The notes under the pieces are model-generated. The model made no database searches and was not told where the DNA came from. It was given only the letters and a program-made list of their open reading frames with translations. A DNA stretch of 64,000 bases from an uncultured Actinomycetes bacterium (lineage in GTDB: Bacteria; Actinomycetota; Actinomycetes; Acidothermales; Acidothermaceae), in the NCBI GenBank assembly GCA_963825425.1, contig CAWGTF010000012.1, forward strand, positions 77,186-141,185, given 5' to 3'. The stretch's first letter is position 1. Each line of letters starts with the position of its first letter. Made by a program: the position numbers and the translations under genes. Below, in pieces: positions 42,421-53,617 of this stretch.

Positions 42421-45400
42421 ATGACCACCTGCCAGCACTGTGGCGCCGACATGCCCAGCGACCTCAGGTTCTGCCGTGAATGCGGTAGTTCGATGGCGTC
42501 GGTTAGGTCGTGCCCATCGTGCGGCGCCGCCGACGAGGGTGGCCGGTTTTGCGGCAACTGCGGCGCGACGTTGAAGCCGGGAGTGATCCCTGCTCGTACG
42601 CGACAACCCGGTCGCCGAGCGTCGCGTGACGTCTGTGCTGTTCGGTGACCTCGCGGGCTTCACCCCGCTGTCGGAATCTCGCGACGCCGAAGATGTTCGG
42701 GAGTTGCTGTCGCGGTACTTCGGCGAGTGCCGCACGATCATCGGTCGCTACGGCGGCGTCGTCGAGAAATTCATCGGCGATGCGGTGATGGCGGTCTGGG
42801 GTGTGCCGCTCTCTCATGAGGACGACGCGGAGCGGGCGGTGCGTGCGGGCCTCGAGCTCGTCGAATCGACGAAGGCACTTGGCGAACGGGTCGGCGTGCC
42901 TGGCCTCGCGATGCGGGTCGGAGTGGTCACCGGCGAGGTCGCGGTCACCGTGGGTGCGACGGCGGAGGGCATGGTCGCGGGTGACGCCGTGAACACCGCG
43001 TCGCGAGTGCAATCGGTCGCGGAGCCGGATCGGTGTGGGTCGATGACACGACGCGCGCACTCACTGCGGCGTCTGTCTCCTACGTGGACGTCGGTGAGCA
43101 CTGGCTGAAGGGGAAGTCGGAGCCGGCGCCGCCTATGGCAAGCTCGAGCTGTCGTGGCCGACCTCGGCGGCGGCCAGCGCGTTGACGGACTCGAGGCGCC
43201 GCTGGTCGGACGTGAACGCGAGGTCCGGCTGATCAAGGAGTTGTTCCACGCCACGCACGAATCCCAGCGGCCCCGCCTAGTTGTGCTCGACGGCGAGCCT
43301 GGGGTCGGCAAGTCTCGGCTTGCCTGGGAGTTCGAAAAGTACGTTGACGGACTCAAGGCCATTACGCGTTGGCATCGCGGTCGCTGCCTGTCGTACGGCG
43401 ACGGTGTCGCCTTCTGGGCACTCGCCGAGGCACTGCGGCCACGTCTTGGGCTCACCGAGGCGGATGCGGGCGACACGGTCGCCGCAGGGTTGGAAGCGAG
43501 TCTTGCTGAGTTCGTTCCGCGGTTGGAAGAGCGCGACTGGCTGCGCCCGCGGCTCGCGGCGCTGGTTAGCGGCGGGCAGGCTGGCGGGTTCGCGCGCGAG
43601 GACCTTTTCACCGCGTGGACGGCATTTCTGGAGCGGATCAGTCAAGACGGCGACACCGTCGTTCTCGTGATCGAAGACGCGCACTACGCGGACGACGGGT
43701 TGCTCGCGTTCCTTGAATCGATGCTCGCGAATGCCAACGCGCCCATCTTCGTACTGGCAATCGCGCGGCCTGAACTGCTGACGCGTCGTCCCGACCTCGG
43801 TGGCCGGCGTACGAGTGTGGTGCGACTTGATCCCCTCGATGATCCGACGATGGCGACCCTCATCGACGGGCTCGTTGACGGGCTACCGGCTGCCGCCCGG
43901 ACCGCCCTCGTCGAGCGCGCCGAAGGCATTCCGCTCTTTGCCATTGAGACCGTGCGAGCACTCATCGACCAGGACGCGGTCGTCCCGCGGGATGGGCGCT
44001 ACGTGCCGGCCGACGGCATCGAGATCGACCTTGCGTCGATCGGTGCTCCGGCGTCGCTGCAAGCTCTCGTCGCGGCTCGGCTCGACGCCCTCTCGCCAAC
44101 CGAGCGGGCGGTGGTTGCCGACGCGAGTGTCCTCGGCACATCTTTTGCCCGAGCAGGGCTGGTGGCGCTCGGTTCCGACAATGCGGGCCTCGATGACGTC
44201 CTGGCGACGTTGCAGCGGAAGGAGATCATCGCCCTCCAGCAAGACCGGTTCTCGGCCGACCGTGGCCAGTACCGCTTCGTGCAGTCGGTCGTTCGCCAGG
44301 TCGCATATGCCACGTTGTCGCGCCGCGATCGCAAGGCGCGTCATCTGGCGGCCGCCGACTTCTTGTCGACCCAACTCGATGCGAACGACGACCTCGCGGT
44401 TGTCGTTGCGCAACACCTGCTCGATGCGGTCGACGCCGCCAGCCCGACAGATGACGATACGGCGGAGTTGTTGCCGAGAGCTTGCGCACTTCTGGAGCGA
44501 GCGGGCACTCGAGCACGTGCGTTGGGCTCGCCTGCGGAGGCGCGCCGCCGGTACGAGGCTGGGCTGGCGCGGGCCACCGATCCGGCCGCGCGGGCCAGCC
44601 TGTACCTTGCTGCCGCCGAGGCGGCTTACGACGCCGGCGACTACGAAGGCGCCGTTGCCGAGGCTGCTGCGGCCACTGAATTGTTCGATGCGCTCGGGCG
44701 GCCCATCGATGCGGCGCTCGCCGTGGCGACCGGTGGCATGGGTCTGCAGATACTTGGCGATTTTGCTGGAGTCATCCGCATCGCTGAACCACGATGGCTG
44801 GCGCTTGACGGCGTCGCGGGGGCCGAGCGGGCGTTGCTCCAACTGGCCAGGCCACTCGCAAACGCCACTGGGCAACTCGAGAACGAGGAGGCCACCAGAG
44901 GGTACGTGGAACGGCGGGTGCTACTCGCGGAGGCGGTAGGGGACGCCGGCGCGCTCGCCGAAGCGATGGTGCAATTGGGCACCCACTATCACGGCATCGG
45001 CGGGCCGGCTACGGCTCGAGCACTCTATGAGGCTGCCGCCGACATCTCTCGGGCGAACGATGTGCCCGGAACGCTGGCGCGTTCGTTGATCAACATCGGC
45101 ACGGTTCTCATGAGCCGTGATCTTCCGGCCGCCATAGATGCGCTGCGCGAAGCACGCGACGTTGCCCGTCGTTCGGGTGTGGTTGCGATGATCGAGTTCG
45201 CGGAGGGCAACTACGCATCGGCACTCTGGCTCGCCGGACGGCTGAGCGATTCGCGCATTGTCGCCGCAGAGGCCGCCGCAACCGCGGCGACGCCGTCCAT
45301 GCAGAGCCTTCTCGCGTGTATCCAGACCAACATTGCTGACGCGACAGGCGAGCCGGCGCCTGCTCTGCCGCACGCGGCGGGGACTGGTGGTGCGTGGAAT

Positions 45401-45931
45401 CGTGCTGGCGCCGGATACCTCGAGATGCGACGGCTGCTCGCCGGCGGTGACGCGGTCGCCGCAGCGGCAACGACCGAGTCGACACTCGTCCACGTGCTGG
45501 CCGCCGGGGGACTCGACGACGATTTCTGCTGGCTGTGGCCGCCGCTCGTGCAGGCGGCCGTGATGGCAGGCGACGCAGCGCTCGCGACCCGGCTGCTCGA
45601 ACCGGTCACGACTGCTTCGGGAGGCATCATCTCCGCCGCGGTCGCAGCCCAGTGCCGCTACTTGGTGGGGCTGGTGGGTGCGCTCCGTGGCGACGACCCG
45701 GGCCAGGTCGAAGCGGACCTTCGCGCTGGCGTAGCCGCTCTCGCGGACTTCGGTGCAGTTGGTGCCGCCGCCCGCGCGGAGGAGGAGTTGGCACGCTGGC
45801 TGATCGGGCAAGGCCGAACCCAGGACGCGCAGCCCCACATCGAGCACGCCCGCGCGGTCTACGAGGCAATGGGCGCCACCGGCTGGCTGCGCACGCTCGA
45901 CTCGCAGGTGTCGGCGAGTCTCGCGCCGTAG
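42421..45931 (+). pseudogene. Multidomain signalling protein (double zinc ribbon, class III adenylate/guanylate cyclase, AAA/STAND-type ATPase, TPR-like C-terminus); three frameshifts in the first 730 bp
   Basis: CQHCGADMPSDLRFCRECG...CPSCGA..FCGNCG for the zinc ribbon. VTSVLFGDLAGFTPLSE...EKFIGDAVMAVWG...GDAVNTASR for the cyclase. Walker A LDGEPGVGKSRL. A long helical-repeat tail follows, with no LuxR HTH seen at the end. Breaks are at about 42600, 43028 and 43125. Confidence 0.8.
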
Positions 45932-46025
45932 GTCAGAAGTACCGACTTCGGCAAAACGCCTGCGCGTGGCCCCGCGTGCTGATCAACTATGACGCGTCGC
46001 TTATGGGTGGGACCGACGACTGGGG

Positions 46026-46379
46026 ATGAGCGCGCTGCAGGCGAAGTTGTGGCATGTCACTGTCACGGTTGGCGGTGATGCCATGGAGACCGCACTTGTC
46101 CGGGCCGCTCTCGAGCGGCTGTCGGGCGAGCAGCCATTCCTCCTCTCCGGCCGGTACAGCAGTGACAAGGCCGAGGTCCGGTATTGGGAAGAGGCCCCCG
46201 AGTGCGCCGACGCGGCCGCGCTCGCGTTGCGGCTGTGGGGCGAGCACCGGGTGACCGCCGGCCTACCGCTGTGGCACGTGCTCGGGATTGAGGTCGTCGA
46301 CCGCGAGATCTTCCAGCGTCGTGGCGGCGATGCGGCTGTCTCACTGGTGGCACCCGCCGGCGGCTGGCGGCCGTTCTAG
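46026..46379 (+). CDS. Hypothetical protein (117 aa), family not recognised
   Basis: ORF with high third-position GC, located between the cyclase-ATPase gene and proA. Confidence 0.5.
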   Translation: MSALQAKLWHVTVTVGGDAMETALVRAALERLSGEQPFLLSGRYSSDKAEVRYWEEAPECADAAALALRLWGEHRVTAGLPLWHVLGIEVVDREIFQRRGGDAAVSLVAPAGGWRPF

Positions 46380-46403
46380 TCAGGTTCGGCATATCCTGAC
46401 GCC

Positions 46404-47675
46404 GTGGGCACTGACACTGGACCGGACATTGCTGCTGACGTTCTAGCGACCGCGCAACGCGCGCGCACCGCATCGACCAAGCTCGCCACCGCATCGCGGG
46501 CGGTGAAAGACGCAGCGCTGCTCGCCATCGCTGCCGCGTTGGTGGCACGGGTCGATGAGGTGCTTTCGGCCAACAAAGTGGACGTCGATGCAGCTGCCGC
46601 GTCGGGTGCGACCGACTCGTACATCGACCGGCTGCGACTCGACGCGCGACGCGTTGAGGCGATCGCCGCCGACGTAGTCAAGACCGCAGGTCTGCCCGAT
46701 CCGGTGGGAGAGGTTCTGCGCGGCGGCGTACTTGCGAACGGCCTGGAGCTGCGGCAGATCCGCGTCCCACTCGGCGTCGTCGGCATCATCTACGAGGGGC
46801 GCCCGAACGTCACGGTCGATGCGGCAGCCTTGTGCTTGAAGAGCGGCAATGCGGTGCTACTGCGCGGATCGTCGTCCGCCCTGTCGTCTAACACAGCGTT
46901 GGTTGCGATCCTTCGCGATGCCGTTGAGTCCGTCGATCTGCCGGCCGATGCGATCCAACTCGTTCCGGGTGCGGGCCACGAGGCAGCCAAGCATCTGATG
47001 CGTGCGCGCGGGCTCGTCGACGTGCTAATCCCGCGCGGCGGCGCCGATCTGATCCGCAGTGTCGTCGAGGAGTCGACGGTGCCGGTGATCGAGACGGGCG
47101 TCGGTAACTGTCACATCTATGTCGACGCCGACGCCGATTTCGACATGGCGATCTCGATTCTGGTCAACGCCAAGACCTCACGGCCGAGTACGTGCAACAC
47201 TGCGGAGACGGTCCTCGTGCATGCCGCCGTCGCCGACGTATTCCTGCCGCTCGCGCTCGCTGCTCTGAGCGAGGCAGGCGTCACCGTGCACGGCGACGAA
47301 GCCGTCGCGTCGATGAGCTCCGCCGTCGTGCCGGCGACCGATGCCGACTGGGACACCGAATACCTCTCGCTCGACATTGCGGCGGCCGTCGTCCCGTCGA
47401 TCGACGCGGCCATCGCGCACATCAGGGAGCACGGCACCGCGCACAGCGAGGCGATCGTGACCCGATCGCAGGCGGCCGCCCGGACCTTCATCGCCGAAGT
47501 CGATGCGGCAGCCGTGCTCGTGAACGCGTCGACCCGATTCGTCGACGGCGGCGAGTTCGGATTCGGCGCGGAGATCGGCATCTCGACGCAGAAGTTGCAC
47601 GCGCGAGGTCCGATGGGATTGCCCGAGCTCACGTCGACGAAGTACGTCGTGGTGGGCGACGGGCACGTCCGTTGA
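46404..47675 (+). CDS. proA: Glutamate-5-semialdehyde dehydrogenase (gamma-glutamyl phosphate reductase)
   Basis: [34 protein letters not shown] and [10 protein letters not shown] (catalytic Cys). Confidence 0.95.
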   Translation: MGTDTGPDIAADVLATAQRARTASTKLATASRAVKDAALLAIAAALVARVDEVLSANKVDVDAAAASGATDSYIDRLRLDARRVEAIAADVVKTAGLPDPVGEVLRGGVLANGLELRQIRVPLGVVGIIYEGRPNVTVDAAALCLKSGNAVLLRGSSSALSSNTALVAILRDAVESVDLPADAIQLVPGAGHEAAKHLMRARGLVDVLIPRGGADLIRSVVEESTVPVIETGVGNCHIYVDADADFDMAISILVNAKTSRPSTCNTAETVLVHAAVADVFLPLALAALSEAGVTVHGDEAVASMSSAVVPATDADWDTEYLSLDIAAAVVPSIDAAIAHIREHGTAHSEAIVTRSQAAARTFIAEVDAAAVLVNASTRFVDGGEFGFGAEIGISTQKLHARGPMGLPELTSTKYVVVGDGHVR

Positions 47676-47691
47676 GTAGACGCGAGCGAGT

Positions 47692-48339
47692 GTGCGCGAG
47701 CCAACGCAGGTGAGCGCGGGAACGCCCGTGACCGGCCCGCGGGTCGGGGTGATGGGCGGCACGTTCGACCCGATCCACCACGGCCACCTGGTCGCGGCGA
47801 GCGAGGTCGCGAGCAAGTTCGACCTCGACGAGGTGATCTTCGTGCCGGCCGGCGCGCCGTGGCAGAAAGCCGACCGGGTGGTGTCGCCGGCTGAAGATCG
47901 CTACCTCATGACCGTCATCGCAACCGCGTCGAATCCGAGCTTCTCCGTGAGCCGCGTCGAGATCGATCGACCCGGGCCGACGTACACCAAGGACACGCTG
48001 ATCCAGCTGCGCGACGAGCTGACGGCTTCGCGGGGTGGCGTGCCGGCGCTCTTCTTCATCACGGGTGCCGATGCCCTGGCCCAGATCCTGTCCTGGCAGA
48101 ATGCGGAGATGCTGCCTGATTTGGCCCATTTTGTCGGAGTAACCCGGCCGGGGCACCCGTTGGCCGATCCGCACGGGTTGCCCGATGGCGCGGTCAGCCT
48201 CCTCGAGATTCCGGCGCTCGCAATTTCTTCTACCGAATGTCGCGAAAGGGTGGGGCGCAATCAGCCGATCTGGTACCTCGTGCCAGACGGAATCGTTCAG
48301 TACATCTCCAAGCGCGGCCTGTACCGGACTCAACCATGA
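47692..48339 (+). CDS. nadD: Nicotinate-nucleotide adenylyltransferase
   Basis: [15 protein letters not shown] is the (H/T)xGH nucleotidyltransferase motif, and ISSTECR is also present. Confidence 0.9.
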   Translation: MREPTQVSAGTPVTGPRVGVMGGTFDPIHHGHLVAASEVASKFDLDEVIFVPAGAPWQKADRVVSPAEDRYLMTVIATASNPSFSVSRVEIDRPGPTYTKDTLIQLRDELTASRGGVPALFFITGADALAQILSWQNAEMLPDLAHFVGVTRPGHPLADPHGLPDGAVSLLEIPALAISSTECRERVGRNQPIWYLVPDGIVQYISKRGLYRTQP

Positions 48340-49916
48340 GCGGCAAGCACGGACGACCGAAGCCGTCACGTCGCTCGCCCGAGCCGGTCGGCGTCGGCGC
48401 TGCCGCTGCGCCAATTGGTGCGGTCGGTGCGCCGGCAACCGGCTACGCAAGCGAACCGATCGAGGCGCCAGCGCCGGTTGAGGCGGCTCCGCCAGCTCCG
48501 GCGGCCGCGCCCGCTCCGGCGGCCCCGGCGCCGATGCCGGTCATCCACAATCGCCCGCTGCCCGACTTCGATCCCCACGATCCCCTCGGGATCGCGAACC
48601 CGTTGCCTGAAGTGGCGCCCGAACCGGCGCCCGAACCGGGGCCCGAACCGGCGTTCGAACTTGCTGCAGCACCGGTCGCCGTCCCGCTTGGGAATGAGAT
48701 CTTGCCGTCGTTGCCCGCGGGTAAGGGGGGCGCCGTCGGCGGGTTCATGGCTGACCGCCGCCGGCTGCTGTTCGCCGTCCTCGCCCTCGTCGTTGTCGCC
48801 GGACTGGTCGCCTGGCTGCTTTCCGGCGGGACGCGCACGTCCAGCACGAAACCGCCCGTCGCAGCAGCGGCCGGTCGGACCCAAAGCACGCTGTTGATCC
48901 AACTGAAGGGCAGTCTCGGCGTGGCCGTCGACAGCGCACTTGTCGCGCATGATCCGGCCAATCACGACGGTGTCGTCGTTCTCGTTCCGTCGAACGTCCA
49001 GACTCAGGTTCCCGGCTTCGGCTCGATGCCCTTCGGGCAGGCACTCAGTGTCGGTGACCCGAATGCGCCTGTGGGGGCGCTCTCGGACCTGATGGGCGTG
49101 ACCGTCGACGGATCGTGGACGCTGACTCAGAGCGCTCTCGCCGCGTTGGTCGACAAGGTTGGCGGAGTGACGGTGGCCGTCGACAAGGACGTGACGACGA
49201 CGTCGAACCAGACGACCACGATCGTTGTCCCGGCTGGTACCCAGAAGCTCAGCGGTGCCCGCGCCGCGCTATTTGCCAGCTTCCTTGCCACCGGTGAAAC
49301 CGACCAGGCGCAGCTGGCCAGGTTCGATGCCGTGCTGAAGCAGGTCCTCGCCGGCTTGCCGAAGACTCAGGCTGAGCTGGTTGCGATGCTCGCCAGCCTC
49401 GGCGCTGGCTCGAGCAGTTCGTTCGCGCCCGCCAGATTGGCCACGTTCCTCACTGGTCTTGCTGCCGACAGCGCAGCGGGTTCGATGACCGATCAGCTGT
49501 TGCCCGTGACCGCGCTCGACACCGGCACTAGCCAGGATGCCTACACCCTCGACACCGTCAACACGACGAAGTTGGTCGCTGCCCAACTCGCGACATCGGT
49601 GCCGGCGAACCGGAAGGCGACGGGGAACCGGGTCTACGTCCAGAACCAGGTCGGGACGCCTGGGCTAGGGGAGACCGCGCGGTCGAAGCTGGTGGCCGCG
49701 GGGTTCGTCTACGTCCAGGGGCAGAACACCGCGGATATGCCGAACGCTACGGCGCTCTCGGTCGTGGTGATCCTCGGACCGACCTCGGCGCAGATCGACC
49801 AAGGCGACGCCGTGGCCCGCGCGCTCGGCCTGCCGATCTCCGACGTCCGGACCGCTAATGACGGATTTACGGTCGCTGACGTCCTCGTGAAACTCGGGGC
49901 CGACTACAAAGGATGA
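48336..49916 (+). CDS. LCP (LytR/CpsA/Psr)-like protein with a Pro/Ala-rich N-terminus, one TM helix and a C-terminal LytR_C domain
   Basis: ATGA overlap with nadD. TM helix [22 protein letters not shown]-like core ([31 protein letters not shown]). LytR_C-like end ([27 protein letters not shown]...). Confidence 0.7.
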   Translation: MSGKHGRPKPSRRSPEPVGVGAAAAPIGAVGAPATGYASEPIEAPAPVEAAPPAPAAAPAPAAPAPMPVIHNRPLPDFDPHDPLGIANPLPEVAPEPAPEPGPEPAFELAAAPVAVPLGNEILPSLPAGKGGAVGGFMADRRRLLFAVLALVVVAGLVAWLLSGGTRTSSTKPPVAAAAGRTQSTLLIQLKGSLGVAVDSALVAHDPANHDGVVVLVPSNVQTQVPGFGSMPFGQALSVGDPNAPVGALSDLMGVTVDGSWTLTQSALAALVDKVGGVTVAVDKDVTTTSNQTTTIVVPAGTQKLSGARAALFASFLATGETDQAQLARFDAVLKQVLAGLPKTQAELVAMLASLGAGSSSSFAPARLATFLTGLAADSAAGSMTDQLLPVTALDTGTSQDAYTLDTVNTTKLVAAQLATSVPANRKATGNRVYVQNQVGTPGLGETARSKLVAAGFVYVQGQNTADMPNATALSVVVILGPTSAQIDQGDAVARALGLPISDVRTANDGFTVADVLVKLGADYKG

Positions 49917-49999
49917 GACCATGGACGGGTGACTGCCGATCCGGGCGGCCAACCGACAGGAGTTCACCAACGCATGCCACGGTTTGACCCGATGCCCCG

Positions 50000-50431
50000 A
50001 TGACCGCATCTCCCCGAGCTATCGAGCTCGCTGTCGCCGCCGCGGAGGCGGCCGCCGACAAGTTGGCCCACCACATCCAAGCCTTCGACGTGAGTGATCG
50101 GTTGGCGATCACCGACATCTTCGTGCTCGCGTCGGCGCCGAACGACCGGCAGGTGAAGTCGATCGTCGACGCCGTCGAAGATCGCCTCCGCGAGATGGGC
50201 GCCAAGCCGCCGCGTCGCGAAGGTCAGCACGAGGGCCGCTGGGTTCTGCTCGACTACTCCGACATCGTCGTGCACGTGCAGCACACCGAGGAGCACACGT
50301 TCTACGGGCTGGAGAGGCTGTGGAAAGACTGTCCACAGGTCCCGCTGCCCGCTCATGTCGTTGCCGGGCTGAATCAGCCGGACGCCGAGAGCTTCGACTC
50401 GCGTGGAGCCGCGGCGGCGGGTCTCGGCTGA
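50000..50431 (+). CDS. rsfS: Ribosome silencing factor RsfS (iojap-like)
   Basis: DKLAHHIQAFDVSDRLAITDIFVLASAPNDRQVKSIVDAVEDRL...WVLLDYSDIVVHVQ..EHTFYGLERLW. Confidence 0.9.
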   Translation: MTASPRAIELAVAAAEAAADKLAHHIQAFDVSDRLAITDIFVLASAPNDRQVKSIVDAVEDRLREMGAKPPRREGQHEGRWVLLDYSDIVVHVQHTEEHTFYGLERLWKDCPQVPLPAHVVAGLNQPDAESFDSRGAAAAGLG

Positions 50432-51067
50432 GTGGGCGGTCGCACGGTTCTGGTCTGGCGGCATGGCCAGACCGCATGGAATGCGCAGCGGCGGTTCCAG
50501 GGTCAGCTCGATGTCGAGCTCGATGATCTAGGTCGGGCCCAGGCGGCCCGAGCTGCTGGGCTACTCGCCGGCTTTTCGCCGTCCGCCATTGTCTCTTCGG
50601 ATCTTGTCCGTGCGCGCGAGACCGCGCAGGCGCTCGCCGATGTCACCGGGCTTGCCATCGCGACGGATCCGCGGTTGCGCGAGATCGACGTCGGTGTGTG
50701 GCAAGGCCTCACGTTCGACGAGGTGTCGCAGCGTTTCCCGGTCGAGGCAGCAATGTGGCGCGACGGCGGTGACGGACGGCGCGGTGGTGGCGAGAGTCTG
50801 ATCGAAGTGGGCGCACGGGCGGTTGCGGCCGTCGACGATGCGCTGCTCTCCGTTGGGGACGGCGGCACGCTGGTCGTCGTCACGCATGGCGCTGCGGGTC
50901 GTGCGCTCGTGGCGTCGATGATTGGTCTGCCGACGACGTCCTGGCGGTCGCTGGGGTCGTTGGCGAACTGCTGCTGGTCGTTGATGGGGGAGGCGGCGTC
51001 GGGGTGGCGGCTGTTCGACCACAACGCCGGGTCGATGCCGGAGGTTGTGGTCGGTGACGACCGATGA
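50432..51067 (+). CDS. Histidine phosphatase family protein (phosphoglycerate-mutase-like; GpgP-like position)
   Basis: VLVWRHGQTAWN is the RHG motif, and VVVTHGAAGR provides the second catalytic His. It starts directly after the rsfS stop. Confidence 0.8.
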   Translation: MGGRTVLVWRHGQTAWNAQRRFQGQLDVELDDLGRAQAARAAGLLAGFSPSAIVSSDLVRARETAQALADVTGLAIATDPRLREIDVGVWQGLTFDEVSQRFPVEAAMWRDGGDGRRGGGESLIEVGARAVAAVDDALLSVGDGGTLVVVTHGAAGRALVASMIGLPTTSWRSLGSLANCCWSLMGEAASGWRLFDHNAGSMPEVVVGDDR

Positions 51068-51131
51068 TCTCGGTGGTTCGGGGGCGGCGCCTAGGCGTCC
51101 GCTAGACTTCCCGACGCCCGCAAGGGCACTT

Positions 51132-51204
51132 GGGGCTTTAGCTCAGCTGGTAGAGCACTTGCCTGGCAGGCAAGGGGTCAGGGGTTCGAGTCCCCTAAGC
51201 TCCA
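51132..51204 (+). tRNA. tRNA-Ala (anticodon GGC)
   Basis: GGGGCTTTAGCTCAGCTGGTAGAGCACTTGCCTGGCAGGCAAGGGGTCAGGGGTTCGAGTCCCCTAAGCTCCA. The G3:U70 identity pair is present. The anticodon loop is CTGGCAG. Confidence 0.9.
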
Positions 51205-51270
51205 CACACTGTTTCCGCAGGTCAGCGTACTTGCCCCGATCCGGTCGGCGACACGAGGCGTTCGACGCCG

Positions 51271-52788
51271 TCAGTCGTCGTTGATGATGCCGCCGGAGGC
51301 GTTGGGGTCGGCGATGGTCGCGTTGTGCGGCTGGTTGAGCAGGACGAAGAACACCTCGCTGGCCTCCTTGGTCTTGTCGCCCTTGATCGTGACCGAGATT
51401 GTTCGTGTCGTCTGCCCGGGGGCGAACGTGAGCGTTCCGGAGGCGGCGGTGAAGTCGCTCGGTGCCGTTGCGGAGCTGTTGGCCGTCGTCCAGTGCACCG
51501 TCACCGGCACGGATACCGCCTTGCTGAGGGTGACATTGAAGGTGAGCGGATGCGTGCCGCTGTTGCCTTCGACGGTGTTGGCATCACCGATTCGCAGCGA
51601 GGGTGCGGTGCTGATGGTGAATGAGCGCGACACGTTGGGTGCAGCTGTGTAGGTGGCGTTGCCGGCTTGATGGGCGGTGATGGTGCAGGTGCCGGTATGA
51701 ATCAGATTCACCGTCGTACCAGAGACAGTGCACTTACCTCCCGAGGCGGTGAACGTGACAGGGTTGCCCGATGCGCCGCCGGTCACGCCCGCAATGGCGA
51801 ACGGGGATTCGACGATGGAGCGGTTGCGCAACGCTGGGAATGTGATGTGCTGCGCGGCGCCGCTAATCGATACCGGCTCCGCTGCTGTGCCGCTGCTCAC
51901 CGCGATGTTGTTGCTGTCGCCGTTGTAGGTCGCGACCCAGTAGACGGTCCCCGTCGTCGTCGTCGTGTACCCAGCCGAGGTGGCAGTCCCGCCCGAGAGT
52001 GTTTGGGTATTGGTGAACAACGGGGTCCCGGTCCCGGCCGAGTTGTTGTACAGGTTGAAGGTCACCGTCCCCGTCGGGCTATAGCCACCCGACACCGTCG
52101 CTTTATCCGCGATCGAGCTACCGACCGGAGCCGACGCCGGCTGCTGGGTCGTGCTGATCGACGGGGAGGCCGCCGTGATCGACACCGGCTCCGCCGCTGT
52201 GCCGCTGCTCACTGCGTTGTTGTTGCCGTCGCCGTTATAGGTCGCGACCCAGTAGAAGGTCCCCGTCGCCGTCGTCGTGTACCCCCCACTGGTCGCCGTA
52301 CCGGGCGAACTGGCCGTGCCGACCGCCGTGGCGGCACAAAAACCAGCATCGTTATCGGTGACCAGCGCGCCGGTGGTGGAGCTGTATGTGCAGTAGAAGT
52401 CGTTTGGGTTTTCATTCGCAACCGCTGGGTAAGAGCAAAAAATCGGGTCGACCGTGTAGTCGGTAACACCAACAGAAAAGCCCGCCTGATCTGCAGGCGG
52501 GCAGGTAAACCCGGAGCCGGACCCGGAGAGCGTCTCGGTATCGGTGAACAACGGCGTCCCTGTCCCGGCCGAGTTGTCGTACAGGTTGAACGTCACCGTC
52601 CCCGTCGGGCTATCGCCACCCGACACCGTCGCTTTATCAGCAATCGAGCTACCAACCGTCGCCGTCGCCGGCTGCTGTGTCGTGCTTATCGAAGGGCCCA
52701 ACGACGCATACGCCGGTCCTGCAAAGGCGGGCGAAACAAGTCCTCCCGCCACCACTATCAGCACCGCTAGCCCGCGCACACGTCGCAT
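51271..52788 (-). CDS. Secreted repeat protein: signal peptide, two Ig-like repeats, a further beta-rich domain and a C-terminal Calx-beta domain
   Basis: MRRVRGLAVLIVVAGGLVSPAFAGPAYA is the signal peptide. SISTTQQPA..VGSSIADKATVSGG.SPTGTVTFNLY.NSAGTGTPLFT.T.TLSG occurs twice (about 530-bp DNA period). The Calx-beta-like end is VEGNSGTHPLTFNVTLSKAVSVPVTVHWTTANSSATAPSDFTAASGTLTFAPGQTTRTISVTIKGD. ATG 52788 lies within ORF 51271..52893. Confidence 0.75.
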   Translation of the reverse strand: MRRVRGLAVLIVVAGGLVSPAFAGPAYASLGPSISTTQQPATATVGSSIADKATVSGGDSPTGTVTFNLYDNSAGTGTPLFTDTETLSGSGSGFTCPPADQAGFSVGVTDYTVDPIFCSYPAVANENPNDFYCTYSSTTGALVTDNDAGFCAATAVGTASSPGTATSGGYTTTATGTFYWVATYNGDGNNNAVSSGTAAEPVSITAASPSISTTQQPASAPVGSSIADKATVSGGYSPTGTVTFNLYNNSAGTGTPLFTNTQTLSGGTATSAGYTTTTTGTVYWVATYNGDSNNIAVSSGTAAEPVSISGAAQHITFPALRNRSIVESPFAIAGVTGGASGNPVTFTASGGKCTVSGTTVNLIHTGTCTITAHQAGNATYTAAPNVSRSFTISTAPSLRIGDANTVEGNSGTHPLTFNVTLSKAVSVPVTVHWTTANSSATAPSDFTAASGTLTFAPGQTTRTISVTIKGDKTKEASEVFFVLLNQPHNATIADPNASGGIINDD

Positions 52789-53080
52789 GATCGCTCCCCG
52801 GTTTCGCCCCACGCTGCGACTGGTTTGCGAGGACTTTAAGGTCTTGCGAGGCCTGGCACAAGCTTTCGGGACGGTGCCTCTGGCCAGCCACAACAGTTAG
52901 GGGCGGGTTCATGTCAGTACGGGCGGAAATGCGTTCGGGACGCGTGCGCGGCGCTTGGCCGGGTCGTGGAGGACGAGCGCGTGACCGACGGCCGGGTGGG
53001 CCGGAAGTCGTGGTCGCGCCGGGAACGCATGCTCGCGGTCGTTGTCTGCAAGCGGTGACCGCGAGCGCTACCGTTCGTGA

Positions 53081-53287
53081 CTATTCAGCGAGCTTCGCGA
53101 TGGCCTGAGCCCACAGGAAGTACTTGTTGGTGCCAAGGTCTTGCACCGTAGTAATGCCGAACGCCGCCTTGAGGTGCTCGGCGTCGCCCGCGCTGACCCC
53201 CTGAAGTGCGTCGACGGGCGCGCCGGCCAGATCGACGATGCTCTTGCCTTCGTACTGCTTGTCGACCTTCGTCGAGATGTCACCCAT
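53081..53287 (-). CDS. Small protein (68 aa) with a helix-hairpin-helix-like motif
   Basis: MGDISTKVDKQYEGKSIVDLAGAPVDALQGVSAGDAEHLKAAFGITTVQDLG.... The ATG at 53287 follows GGAGG at 7-nt spacing. It is the C-terminal part of the over-long ORF 53081..53794. Confidence 0.55.
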   Translation of the reverse strand: MGDISTKVDKQYEGKSIVDLAGAPVDALQGVSAGDAEHLKAAFGITTVQDLGTNKYFLWAQAIAKLAE

Positions 53288-53443
53288 GTCGAGCCTCCGA
53301 TGGTTTCGTGGCAGCCCAATGGCCGCCGAGCCATATCTTTGTCCGCCCAAGGCGTTGGTAAAGGACGGGCAACGGAAGGGTAATGTGTGGTGCCGTGACC
53401 CGCAAACTGCGGGGCTGCCAAAGCGATCGACGTAGGAGATCCC

Positions 53444-53617
53444 ATGGGTATCGATGGCCTGTTCGACAAGGCAAAAGAGGAGCTCAGCGAGCACAAGGAC
53501 GTCGTCGACGGCGCGATTGACAAGGCTGAGGCTTTTGCGAAGGAGAAGGCGCCCGACCAGGCCGACGGTGTGATCGACTCGGCCGCTCAGAAGGCCAAGG
53601 ACGCCCTCACGAAATGA
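53444..53617 (+). CDS. Small MT0933/CsbD-like protein (57 aa)
   Basis: It falls below the ORF-track cutoff. MGIDGLFDKAKEELSEHKDVVDGAIDKAEAFAKEKAPDQADGVIDSAAQKAKDALTK. AGGAG lies 5-6 nt upstream. Its TGA overlaps the ATG of the next gene (ATGA). Confidence 0.6.
   Translation: MGIDGLFDKAKEELSEHKDVVDGAIDKAEAFAKEKAPDQADGVIDSAAQKAKDALTK

Noticed and set aside
52911-53108. 65-aa ORF (MSVRAEMRSGRVRGAW...) in the promoter region of the secreted repeat protein.
   Set aside because: Its composition is Arg/Gly-rich and improbable. It overlaps the better-supported 68-aa minus-strand gene and has no SD.
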